From Heteronotia binoei (taxonomy: Eukaryota), in contig NC_083223.1 of the NCBI RefSeq assembly GCF_032191835.1, positions 252,464,001 to 252,528,000 on the forward strand: DNA of 64,000 nt. Reading direction: 5' to 3'. Both the position numbers and the translations under genes were made by a program. The notes beneath the pieces are model-generated. The model worked only from the letters and a program-made list of their open reading frames with translations, had not been told where the DNA came from and did no database searches. Shown here in pieces: positions 1 to 11,797 of the stretch (position 1 is its first letter; each line of letters begins with the position of its first letter).

Positions 1-11
1 ATATTAGGACT

Positions 12-200
12 CAGGGCTTTTTTTTTGTAGAAAAAGCCCATCACAACTTATTTGCATATTAGGCCACACCCCCTGACATCACCATTGTTTCACACTGGGC
101 TTTTTGTAGAAAAAGCCCAGCATGAACTCATTTGCATATTAGGTCACACCCCCATATGCCAAGCCAGCCGGAACTGTGTTCCTGCTCTAAAAAAGCCCTG
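12..200. mobile_element. hAT MITE (CAGGGCTTTTTT family)
   Basis: TIRs CAGGGCTTTTTT / AAAAAAGCCCTG; internal ATTTGCATATTAGG repeats shared with copies at 15443, 27389 and 49331. Confidence 0.75.
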
Positions 201-771
201 CTGTTTTTAAAACACTGCTATTGCTGTTTGGAAGATTTAGGATTTAATGGAGCCACTCCTCTTTGTGGTATTTGGGTATCATATGTGTAATTTTATTTAT
301 TTTGGTTAATTTATATTCTGCCCTTTCCCAGGCAGGCTCAGTTAATTGTATGTTTAAGCATTTGCAAAGATTTAGATATAAATGAGACTTAACATAGGAG
401 AAAGAGATATATATTTTTAAAATTGATTTTGTTGCACAGTTGCTTTTTCTTGCTTGCTTGATTATCTCCAAGGGAGCTGATCTCTGCCAGCTGGAAATCG
501 GTTATAAAACCAGGAGATCTCCAGGCCACACCTGGAGGCTGGCAACTCAAACTTTTAATTAAGTGGTTGCTCTTTAAAAATAATTCAATAGTTAGGTTTC
601 AGACTGAAATTGTTAAATTCATTTTAAGTTGCTCAAAGGCTGGTGGTTAAAACAAAACACTTGCAAAACATTGCTCTAGTCAGTAGATAACATTTCCCTT
701 CAGAACTGACCCCATCCCCGGGATCATGCAACTCATCTCACAGGTCTAAATGACCGCCATTAATTACCCAC

Positions 772-2385
772 CATTAATACGGTAAGAGAGCCGGCTCTTG
801 TCTCGAAGAACAGTCCCTTCTGTGACCTGTTTAAAAAAATATACAAGATGAAGCAAGATGAGCCAGCAGTATGGCCTATCTTGTAGAAGAAACATATCCC
901 CCTTCCTTTCCACTCTCCTCCTCCCCAAAAAAAGACAATGTGGTCCACTTGCCAGAGGACTGATCTTAGAGCCCCCCAAAAGTGCCAGGTTCAAATGTTA
1001 CTTCCATCATGGCCTGTGTTGTATCCTTAGATAAGTTTTCACCACACACCCATGAACACATATTCAGACTGCAGTTGGGAATTAGCTTGTGTGTTTGTAT
1101 AGTGAGTGGAAAACAGGGATCTTTTATCTTGAAGAGTGGCTGAGAGCAGCAAGTTTTCATCAGGAAAAGGATGACAGAGACCTGATTAAAGATTTTAATC
1201 TCTTTATCAGGTCTACATCTGTTCAATATCTGTTAGTTCATAAGGTTTCTTACAGCATATACATACATGAAGTTTTCTTATTTCTTGTTGCAGGATTGTA
1301 CAGGCTGTGTTGCCTAGTGATATCCTATTTCTTAAAGTATTTAAGAAAACTTCATTTCTCATTTCTTGTGTGCAGATAATCTGGAGGACCCACAGACCTG
1401 AGTGCCGCTCATTTACTGAGGAGATAGTCATAGACCCAGAGAAGTCAGCCATGTTCATCTGTTGCTGCAAAACAGTAAAGACTCCACAGCACCTTCAAGA
1501 TGAACAAATAGTAAAGACTCCACAGCACCTTTAAGATGAACAAATTTTATCACAGGATAGGCTTTCGGGAAACACAGCTCTCTTTGTCATCCGATGAAGA
1601 GAGCTGTGTTTCTCAAAAGCTTATACTACAATAAAAATTGTTCATCTTAAAGATGCTACTGGACTGTTTATTATTTTCCAGGGGATAGTGACTCAGAGGG
1701 ACTTAGGGTTCAGTCCCTGACAGATTCCTTGATCAATCAATAGGCGTCGTGCTTTACAACAGAACGTTCAAGACACAGAGGTTTATTTATTAAAACACGT
1801 TCCTTGTGGTTCAAGGTGGCTTGCAGTACTAGTTAAAAACATTTTCAGTTGCAAAACAAAAATAATGTCTTCTTACCTTCCCCAGAGGCAGCATATACAG
1901 CAGAGCCTGCAGCCCAACCCAGGCTAAGACCAGCACAAAGTCCTGGGGGTTCCACAGGGAGCGGAGCGTGGGCAAAGGCAAAGGGAAGCTCAAGAAGCTG
2001 GCATGCTCTGTCTTGCATGTCAGGAGCAGGACAAAGACGGTGGCAGGCAATAGGATGAGAAGGCAGGCAGCCCCTGAAACAAGACAGGATGTGAAGGGGG
2101 AGGTTTAGAAAGCAGCAAGATGTAGTGCCTTGGGAAGGGGAGTCAAGGAATAAAAAGATCCCAGTTTTGTCAATCAGGATGTAACAGGATCAGTATTCCA
2201 AATGGACCTCCTGATGGCGCCTGGTTTTTTTGGCCACTGTGTGACACAGAGTGTTGACTGGATGGGCCATTGTTTTGTTCCCCTCCCCTCCCCCACCAAT
2301 CCTCCAACAACTTCAAAATTTCTTCCTTACCTAGAACACCCCCAAATTCCAATTCTTTGGTGTGGGGGATCTTGTGTCGATCCAT
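772..2385 (-). CDS. TM7SF2: Delta(14)-sterol reductase TM7SF2, 5' part (coding exons 1-3; continues beyond the left edge)
   Basis: Exons 2385..2331 (55 nt, MDRHKIPHTKELEFGGVL-G), 2073..1877 (197 nt, AACLLILLPATV...LAWVGLQALLYMLPLGK) and 826..772 (55 nt, VTEGTVLRDKSRLSYRING). All introns are GT..AG and phases match (1,0). Peptides match recalled human TM7SF2 (LEFGGPLG; LAWLGLQAALYLLPARK; VAEGQELKDKSRLRYPING). Confidence 0.92.
1474..1665. repeat. Palindromic Penelope-like remnant with 36-bp tandem duplication
   Basis: 36-nt unit at 1474..1509 and 1510..1545; palindrome 1518..1665 centred near 1590; CCGATGA-AGAGAG..TTCTC-AAAA-GCTTA resembles a decayed minimal hammerhead. Confidence 0.55.
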
Positions 2386-2979
2386 AGTTCTCTCAACCAG
2401 CTGCCAGAGGAGCCCCCCTGCACTTGGTTTTAAGTCTTGACTTGTATATACTCAGAAGGGTGCCTGTGGAAATAATCCATTTAGATCAAGTTGTATTTTT
2501 CTTCTTCTTGGGTACCCAGTTAAGCTCTCTTCATATGAATCAGTTACCCCCGGTTAAGGCCCAACAACACAACTATCCTCTCACGTTTATAATCATCAAG
2601 ACAACTAAAGCTCCCTCTCTTAATTTCATTCTGCTCCAGACAGTGCCTTAAATAAAGGCAGAGGAGTAATTTCACTCAGACACTTTTCTTCTTTTAGAAA
2701 TGAATCACCCAAAGAACATGCATGAAGCCCTTTTCTCTCCCACTGCTGAGTAAACTACAGCCAGCCAGCTGGTTGGCCGGCCTTCCTACACAATGGGATT
2801 ATTGGCTTGTGGCTGGAATTCAAGAACAGAGGGAGTACAGCTTTCAAACCAGTGCTGAGAACGTATGATGTCTTTGTTTGAAATTAATCATAAGAGTGCC
2901 CTGGAGCACATGCAGAGTGCTCCTACCTTCCTGCTGAATTAAATCTAAGGAGTTTCCAGCTAAACATTTGGAAGAACTT

Positions 2980-3375
2980 CTTGACATGGGTGCCCAGTGG
3001 AACAGGTTTTCCTGGGAGGTGGTGAGTCCTTCTTCGGAGGTTTTTAAGCAAAGACTAGATGGCCTTCTGATTCTGTGAATTTAGGCAGATCATGAGAGGG
3101 AGTGTAGGAAGGGATGAGTCAGTACTTGGCTCTCATGGCCCTTTCTTACACACCTGGTGTAAGATTGCCACTTTGGGGGCAGAAAAGGATTTTCCTCTAC
3201 ACCAAATTGGCCCCAGGATCCTGGAGGGTTTGGTGGGGGGGAGTTTGCCTTTATCTGGACATACAGCAGGGGTCACTGGGAGAGAGGGGGTGGGTAGCTG
3301 TGAATTTCCTGCATTGTGCAGTGAGTTGGACTAGATGACCCTTGGAGTCCCTTCTAGCTCTTTGTTCCTATGAGT
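2980..3375 (+). mobile_element. Older CR1-subfamily 3' end
   Basis: CAGTGGAACAGG..GGAGGTTTTTAAGCAAAGACTAGA...GTTGGACTAGATGACCCTTGGAGTCCCTTC tail; antisense homolog at about 51150..51385. Confidence 0.7.
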
Positions 3376-5435
3376 TAAGTACTGGTACTCCATTTTCCTT
3401 CCTACTAATCCCTCTAGGTCCTAAACTCAGCAAAAATGGGATATTTGCTCACGGTAAATACCCCAATGCAGAATATATATTTTTCAGTACCTGCAAATCT
3501 CAAGTATACTTTCCTTCAGTGCTCATGCCCAGATTAACACCCACCCTTAGGTCTTTACATGAGCCTTCTAACAGGCATTCACCAGTACCAGCCCACCAAC
3601 CCCCGTTTTCAATACTAGTATTAATACCTGAAAGTTGTACTTAATACATGAAGCTGTCTTAATACTGAAGTAATACCCCGGTAAAAAGTCTGCCATAAAA
3701 AGGTCATGATGCGGCGTCACCCCAGAGTCAGAAACGACTGGTGCTTGCACAAGGGACTACCTTTACCTTTAATAGGATAATCTAGCTCAGTATTCTCTGC
3801 TCTGGCTGCAGTTTTCCTGATTCCCAGGCAAGGAGAGTCCACTTCCCCGAATATTGAAGGTCCAGTAACTGAACTGAACCAGGGGTGCCTTCTATGTGCA
3901 TTGTATACACACCACCACACTACAGCTTCTCCAGAGCTGCATGCCTAGAGTGACTCTGATCATGTTGTCAAACGCTCATTCGTGGAGTAAGGATCCCAGC
4001 GTCTCCACACACTTCTGGTCGTTTATGGCAAAAGAAGCCTGTCTGCCCTAGTGGAGAGATCCCGCCAATGCCTTGTCCCGACTGGAGGTTTCCAGTCATA
4101 TGCATGTGAGCCAGCCTGGCAAGATCAGCAAGAACACTCCAGCTTCTTTTCATCATTCATAATTGGAATTGCTTGCTTTAAAACAACATACAAATAATGT
4201 CCTTCCTATTGAAAAATTCTTATCATATATAACAAAGGAGAAAAGTGTTATACATTGTCAATTACAGCATATCTATATATTTCAAAGTAATAACAAATCT
4301 CGGTTAATGCGGGTTATTTGAGACTATCTCATTTCCAGTTAGGTTTTCTGCTACAGGTAAATCTAAGCTTCTTCATAACTTCTTTGACTCACAATCCAAA
4401 TTCTGTCCTGATAGTATTTTCATTCAAATTATCACTCCCAGGTCCTTCCTCCCCCCCCCCCCCCCCCGCCCCACGCAAAGCCGGGTTCTGGAATTTTTAC
4501 GACTTAACTTTAAAAGCATTCTGGATCTGCCTCAGCCCCAGTTTTCTGTCTCCAGCAGTGGGTAGCGCAGAGCTTCCACTCCTGGAGATTTCACACAGGG
4601 AAAGATGGAGAGATGGCCAATATCTTGCTGTCTGACCTCCAGCACCTGCTGAGACTTGGTGGGGGGATGAGAATTGCTGCAGTCCACCCCCTCAAGCAGT
4701 CATGGACTTACCTGTCCGGACCGCAAAGGACTCAGCTACAGGACCGCAGGTCTCGCTCACCTGCCTGTCAACCTGCGTGCTGTCATTCACGCCAAACCGG
4801 GCTGCAGCAACCCCCACTCTGCCCATCCTGTCCTTATCCGGGAGCAGCCAATCGCATCCTAGGAGAAGAATGACATCTCAGGCTGGGGGAACCTATCAGG
4901 AACCAGGGGGAGGGTCTGGCTCGCTCACAACGCTGTTCGGTTCAGCTGCCTTTCCAGTGCATCATGAGGATCTGGAAAATATGCAAAGGGAAGGCGGCGG
5001 CAGCGAGAAACGCCCGAAGAAGCCTGTGGTATCGATGCTGGGTTTCAGTCCTGCAACGTGCTAAGGAGCTGGCGGGAAAAAGAGTGCATCTGAGCCTGTG
5101 CAGAATTTGTAGGAGTCCAGTGAGCACTTTTAAAAACCCCTTAAAAAAAAACAGAATAAGCTTTTGTGAGCCAGAGCTCCAGATTATGCATACTAGTGTA
5201 CAACTGTTGGGGCTGATTTTATACACGGAATTGAGAGAGGGCACGTTACAAAGAAAGGCCAGTATAACACGAGATTCAGTCGAAGTAGCATTCACCCCAA
5301 GTAGGTCAGGTGTGAGACCAATAAAAAAGTAGAAGACTCAGCCATGCTAATTAAGAATAAACCAGGACAGTGGAGTACATGGTTGGCAAACACAGCCATT
5401 TTGCGCAAGAATTTATTGCTTTTAGGTTGTGCAGC

Positions 5436-5804
5436 CAGGGCTGATGCGTGAGAGTAAGCCAAGTAGGTGGCCGCCTTGGGCACCACTTGGCCTAGGGGCA
5501 TCACGAGGAACCCCCTCCCCCCACGCTTCACTGCTGTCCTGACTTTGCGGAGGCTTCCTGAGCCTCGGGCAGCCTCTGCAGAGTTGGGAACGGCAGCGAG
5601 CGTGCTCTGGGTGCACCTGCTGCCTTTGGGACTTTGCGGAGGCCGCTTGAGGCTCGGGCGGCCTCTGCAAAGTCGGGGGGGGGGGAAACGTGACAGTGAC
5701 GTCATTGTGATGTCATCAACGCGCTTTGCACACGCGAACTTAATGGGAGGGGGCGGAGGAGCAGCAACTGGCCTGGAGCGCTGGAAACTATAGCGCCGGG
5801 CCTG
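5436..5804. mobile_element. CpG-rich hAT MITE (CAGGGCCGGC-type TIR)
   Basis: TIRs CAGGGCTGATGCG / TAGCGCCGGGCCTG; perfect 8-bp TSD TGTGCAGC (5428..5435, 5805..5812). Confidence 0.85.
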
Positions 5805-7040
5805 TGTGCAGCGTTGGAACACAGTCACAGAACATATTCTTTCTCTTTCCCCCTCCCTCTCTCGCTCCGTCCACCTGCTAATTTACAGTACCACCATGCA
5901 TCCGATGAAGTAGGGTCCTGTGCCCCCCCCACCACCATGGAGGGGGAGCAAGACATCTGATAGGGGATGCCAGCCTCCAGGTGTGACCCTGGGATCCCCC
6001 CAAAATTACAGCTTATCTCCAGACTACAAAGATCCTGGAGAAACAGAAGGTTTGGAGAGTGGATTCTGTGGCATTGTACTCCACTGAGATCCCTGTCCTC
6101 CCCAAGCTCCATCTCCAAATCTCCAGGAGTTTCCCAACCTGGATCTGGCACTGTGCCGGCCCTGCCACTAGGCAATTGTCGAGGGCACCTGCCATCTGAG
6201 ATTGCCAAATTGGATGTTCAGGTGTGACCTGGTATGTTATCAGGGAAAGGGCAGGGACAGAAGTTAGCCTTGCCTAGGGTGCCAGACATTCTAGGGCCTG
6301 CCCTGATCTCTCAACTCCCCTCCATGCCAAGGGGAACCTAGCAGAGAGTCACTACCTATAGCACAAATCACAAACATGTATAACATTTATTCTAGAATGA
6401 ACACAAAAATGAATTTTAAAACATGATGTCTGAATATCAGACTGCATAAAATTTGCAAACAAAATATATTGAGGCCAAGGTGACTGACCTGAAGAAGCAG
6501 AGGCAGTCAGTTAGGCACTTGGGGAAGACTCTCGGGGGGGCGTACTAGATGAGCCCTGCTCTGAACATGCATGAGGGTCGAGAGCGTGAGGGTCGAGAGG
6601 AAACAGAGCACCGTGCTAAGGATAAGGGGAATGTGCCCTCAGAAGGGACCTCCTCTTCAGTTGCTGATTTGATCCTTAGGCAAATAGACAGCTGGGTGGC
6701 AAAACCACGTACTAACCATATGGTGACTTGCCTGCCTGGTGCGAAGGTAGTGGACATTACGTGTGTAGTGGACATTACGTGTGTAGTAGATAGGCTGATA
6801 GACAGTGCTGGGGAGGAGCCAGTGGCTGTGGTGCATGTTGGCACCAACGATGTGGGGAAATGCAGTCGTGAGGTCCTGGAGGAAAAATTTAGGCTGCTAG
6901 GCAGGAGATTTAAGGCCAGGACCTCCAAGGTAGCCTTCTCAGAAGTGCTGCCTGTTCCACGTGCAGGGCAGGAGAGACAGGCACAAATTAGAAGTCTCAA
7001 TGTGTGGATGAGACGATGGTGTAAGGAGGAAGGGTTTAAG

Positions 7041-7125
7041 AACATAAGAACATAAGAGAAGCCATGTTGGATCAGGCCAACGGCCCATCAAGTCCAACAC
7101 TCTGTGTCACACAGTGGCAAAAAAA
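7041..7125 (-). mobile_element. Short antisense CR1 3'-tail insertion inside CR1 ORF1
   Basis: Reverse complement of the CR1 3' end, flanked by TTTAAG at 7035..7040 and 7126..7131. Removing it restores GFKFVRHWDAFW. Confidence 0.85.
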
Positions 7126-10100
7126 TTTAAGTTTGTTAGGCACTGGGATGCTTTCTGGAACAAGCGGGAGCTGTACAAGAGAGACAGTCTCCACTTGTCC
7201 TCAGATGGAACCAGGCTGCTGGTGCTTAAAATAAAAAAGGTGACAGAGCAGTCTCTGGTTTGGGAGGACTCATCTCAAAGAGATGAAGGGTTAGCTGTTA
7301 CTTTTCTACCGGGTAATGGATCAGAGTTGTCCACTGAGATGGTGACAAACAGTATGGACTGTCTGCCAAAGTCTCGAGGCAGCAGGAGGAAGGTGGCAGG
7401 CCTAGCTTGCCTGGGAAATTATAGATGTTTGTATGCAAATGCAAGAAGTGTTCGAAGTAAAATTGGTGAGTTGGAATGTTTAGTGTTGGGAGAAAACATA
7501 GACATTGTGGGAATTTCAGAAACTTGGTGGAATGAGGAGAATCAGTGGGACGATGATTCCTGGATATAAGTTATATTGGAAGGATAGGGAGGGAAGGGTT
7601 GGAGGTGGGGTGGCTCTGTATGTCAGAGAGGGTATGCAGTCCAGCAAGACTGAGGTAAGAGAATTAGATTCCCTTCTAGAAATGCTTTGGGAAATTGAAA
7701 TAGAGGACCCAAAAAGAAATTTAACTATGGGAGTTTATCGCCCACCAAATCAAAAGATAGAGGACGATTATAATATGATGGAAGGATTAAAGATAGCGGC
7801 TAAATGTAAAAACTGTGTCGTAATAGGTGATTTTAACTACCCGCAGATTGTTTGGGTCAATATGTGTTCTGGTTGAGAGAAAGAGATTGAGTTTCTTGAT
7901 GCTCTCAGTGACTGTGCTATGGAGCAGATGGTCTCAGAACCTACCAGGGGTGGGGTGATTCTGGATTTGGTCCTAAGTAATGCCCAAGACTTGGTGAGAG
8001 ATGTAAAAGTGATTGCAGCGCTTGGGAGCAGTGACCATAACATTATTGATTTCACCGTTTGTATAAATAGAGAGTTGCCCCAAAAGACCGGCACAACCAC
8101 GTTTAACTTTAAAAAGGGTAAATTCTCTGAGATGAGGCATGTGAAGAGGAAACTGAAAGGAAAGGTAAATACAGTCAAAACCCTTGGGGAAGCTTGGAGG
8201 CTATTTAAAACTACAATCCTAGAAGCTCAGCTAAAATATATACCACAAGTTAGGAAAGGCACAAACAGGTATAAGAAAAGGCCTGCATGGTTAACAAAAA
8301 AAGTAATGGAAGCTGTAAAAGGTAAGAAGGACTCCTTTAAGGGGTGGAAAGCTAGTCCAAGTGAGATTAATAAAAGGGAACACAGGCTATGGCAAATCAA
8401 ATAAGACTGTGATCAGGCAGGCAAAAAGGGACTATGAGGAGTATATCGCAAAAAACATAAAGACCAACGATAAAAATTTCTTCAAATATATTAGAAGCAG
8501 GGAGGCAGTGGGCCCTTGGATGACCAAGGGGTAAAAGGATTACTGAAGGAGGATAGGGAAATGGCTGAGAAGCTGAATGCATTTTTTGCCTGTCTTTACT
8601 GTGGAAGACGAGAAGTGTTTGCGCGCTCCAGAACCACTAATTTTGGAAGGGGTGTTGAAAGACCTGAGTCAGATTGAGGTGACAAGAGAGGAGATCCTAC
8701 AATTGATAGATGAATTAAAAACTAATAAGTCACCAGGTCCGGAGGGCATACATCCAAGAGTTCCGAAAGAACTCAAAGTTGAACTTGTGGATCTCCTGAC
8801 AAAAATATGTAATCTTTCATTGAAATCTGCCTCCGTTCTTGAGGACTGGAAGGTAGCAAATGTCACCCCCATCTTTAAAAAGGGTTCCAGAGGAGATCCG
8901 GGAAATTACAGGCCAGTCAGTCTGACTTCAATACCGGGAAAGTTGGTAGAAAGCATTATCAAGGACAGAATGAGTAGGCACATTGATGAACACAAGTTAT
9001 TGAGGAAGATTCAGCATGGGTTCTGTAAGGGAAGATCTTGCCTCACTAACCTGTTTCATTTCTTTGAGGGGGTGAACAAACATGTGGACCCAATAAATGT
9101 TGTTTACCTTGACTTCCAGAAAGCTTTTGATAAAGTTCCTCATCAAAGGCTCCTTAGAAAGCTCAAGAGTCATGGAGTAAAAGGACAGGTCCTCTTGTGG
9201 ATCAAAAACTGGCTAATTAATAGGAAGCAGAGAGTGAGTATAAATGGGCAGTCTTCGCAGTGGAGGACGGTAAGTAGTGGGGTGCCGCAGGGCTCAGTAC
9301 TGGGTCCCATGCTCTTTAACTTGTTCATAAATGATTTGGAGTTGAGAGTAAGCAGTGAAGTGGCTAAGTTTGCAGATGACACTAAATTGTTCAGAGTGGT
9401 AAGAACCAGAGAGGATTGTGAGGCACTCCAAAGGGATCTGTTGAGGCTGGTTGAGTGGGTGTCAATGTGGCAGATGAGGTTCAATGTGGCCAAGTGCAAA
9501 GTAATGCACATTGGGGCCAAAAATCCCATCTACATATACAAGTTGATGGGGTGTGAACTGGCAGAGACTGACCAAGAGAGAGCTCTTGGGGTTGTTGTAG
9601 ATAACTCACTGAAAATGTCAAGACAGTGTGCGATTGCAATAAAAAAGGCCAACGCCATGTTGGGAATTATTAGGAAGGGAATTGAAAACAAATCAGCCAG
9701 TATCATAATGCCCCTGTATAAATCGATGGTGCGGTTTCATTTGGAATACTGTGTGCAATTCTGGTCACCGCACCTCAAAAAGGATATTATAGCATTGGAA
9801 AAAGTCCAGAAGAGGGCAACTAGAATGATTAAAGGGTTGGAACACTTTCTCTATGGAGAAAGGTTGAAACGCTTGGGGCTCTTTAGCTTGGAGAAATGTC
9901 GACTGCGGGATGGCATGATAGAAGTTTTCAAGATAATGCATGGGATGGAGAAAGTAGAGAAATAAGTACTTTTCTCTCTTTCTCACAATACAAGAAAGAA
10001 GTACTTTTCTCCCTTTCTCAAAATACAAGAACTCGTGGGCATTCGATGAAATTGCTGAGCAGTCAGGTTAAAACAGATAAAAGGAAGTACTTCTTCACCC

Positions 10101-10281
10101 AAAGGGTGATTAACATGTGGAATTCACTGCCACAGGAGGTGGTGGCGGCTACAAGCATAGACAGCTTCAAGAGGGGGTTAGATAAAAATATGGAGCAGAG
10201 GTCCATCAGTGGCTATTAGCCACAGTGTGTATATATATGTGTTTGTGTGTGTGTATGTAAATTTTTTTTTTGGCCACTGTG

Positions 10282-10800
10282 TAGGGTTGCCAAGTCCAAT
10301 TCAAGAAATATCTGGGGACTTTGGGGGTGGAGCCAGGAGACTTTGGGGGTGGAGCCAGGAGACATTGGGGGCGGAGCTAGGAGCAAGGGTGTGACAAGCA
10401 TAATTGAACTCCAAGGGAGTTCTGGCCATCACATTTAAAGGGACGGCACACCTTTTAGAATGCCTTCCTTCCATAGAAAATAATGAAGGATAGGGGCACC
10501 TTCTTTTGGGGCTCATAGAATTAGACCCCCTGGTCCAATCTTTTTGAAACTTGGGGGGTATTTTGGGGAGAGGCACTAGATGCTATACTGAAAATTTGGC
10601 ACCTCTACCTCAAAAAACAGCGCCCCCAGAGCCCCTGACACCCGCGGATCAATTCCCCATCATTCCCTATGGGAATCGTTCCTGGAGGTGCATAATGGCT
10701 ATGGGGGTGGAGCTTCCCCCGCCGGCCAGCTGGCTGGGGGAGGGGGGAAGCCTGTAAAACCAGGGGATCCCCCGCTGGGACCTGGGGATTGGGAAGCCTA
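10282..10800. mobile_element. hAT MITE (TAGGGTTGCCA family) inserted in CR1 3' UTR
   Basis: TIR TAGGGTTGCCAA / degenerate TGGGAAGCCTA; perfect 8-bp TSD CCACTGTG. Confidence 0.9.
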
Positions 10801-11797
10801 CCACTGTGTGACATAGAGTGTTGGACTGGATCAGCCATTGGCCTGATCCAACATGGCTTCTCTTATGTTCTTATAGAGGCCAAAAGCCATCAAATGCATA
10901 TGTGAAATTGTATTTTGTTTGCAAATTTTTGTACAGTCTGATATTCAGAAGTAATGCTTTAAAATTCATTTTTGTGTATGTTCTAGAATAAATGTTACAC
11001 ATTTTGTCATTTATGTTATAGGTAGCTTGACCCTCTATTACACTGATTAAATTTGGGTTCAGCCCCCCCTTTCTTTTTGTTCTTTGTCTAATCCTAGCAG
11101 AGAGTCAGGCAGATGCATGCAACAGTTCACCTTAAGTGTCTCTACTGGAATCAGTAAAATCCACACAGGTTTCCTTGTGAGCACAGTTCCCTTCACTCCA
11201 CCACGTTTGCCTCTTCTGAATCTCAAGGCGGGGGCAAGCAGGCACACACTGCTATGGGACAGTTTTACTAGGCCTGCCCAGGTCTGGTAGAAGAGTTGCC
11301 AACCTACAGGTGGGACTTGGAGATCTCCTATTACAATCGATCTCTACCAAGATCAGATCCTGTAAAGAAAATTCCTGCTTTTAGAGGGTGGATCTATGGC
11401 ATGATACTCTGCTGAATTCCTTCCCCAAACCCCACCCTCCCCAGATTCCACCCCCAAAATGTCCAGGTATTTCCCAACCTAGAACTGGCAGCCCTATCTG
11501 GTAGCCTTAGCTTGCCCCACTACTGCCTTGAGGTTCATCTCCTCTGCCCCCTCTTAGCCATTCTCAGCCAGTTCGCCTTCTTTTCCTGTATTTGGGGTCC
11601 ACCTGTGCTGGTGAAGCCCAGTACTGCCCCTTCCTTCTCTGAGCCTTGTTCCTCTCTTAACCCCTTCTTTGCCTTGCTTCACCCTAGCTGGGTTCACATA
11701 GGGCTAGCCTTGCTGTCCCACAGGGTTGCCAGCCTCCAGGTGGTACATGGAAAATACCATTGGTATCATAACCCCAAATAATTAAATACACATATCC

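Larger units (their letters stand above)
6479..10875 (+). mobile_element. CR1 LINE, near full-length, degraded (ORF1 esterase, APE endonuclease, RT)
   Basis: ORF1 SGNH-like VHVGTND (6549..7055); endonuclease motifs YANARS, GISETWW, GDFN, LGSSDH (about 7430..8040); RT 8577..9965 with YRPVSLTS, GVPQGS, FADD; CR1 3' tail ...CTTCTCTTATGTTCTTAT. Several frameshifts and stops. GAGGCCAA duplicated at 6471..6478 and 10876..10883. Confidence 0.93.
6352..11025. repeat. AT-rich inverted repeat pair (arms 6352..6466 and 10911..11025) flanking the CR1
   Basis: The reverse complement of the left arm aligns by eye with the right arm (tattttgtttgcaaatttt...cagtctgatattcaga...aaaattcatttttgtgt...ttctagaataaa...ataggtag) at roughly 80% identity. 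Confidence 0.8.

Noticed and set aside
3800-4160. Possible coding exon between TM7SF2 and its upstream region
   Set aside because: All frames stop within about 60 codons and no convincing splice-site pair or known peptide was found.
4702-5332. Overlapping 117-122-aa ORFs on both strands
   Set aside because: No recognisable motif or exon boundaries; consistent with chance ORFs in promoter-proximal DNA.
5292-5828. GC-rich ORFs of 108-178 aa and an apparent CpG-island promoter of an unknown gene
   Set aside because: The stretch is a hAT MITE bounded by TIRs and a perfect TGTGCAGC TSD; the ORFs have no recognisable domain.
8577-9965. 462-aa ORF as a host gene or an active retrotransposon
   Set aside because: It is CR1 reverse transcriptase; the upstream endonuclease region is frameshifted and ORF1 is interrupted, so the copy is dead.
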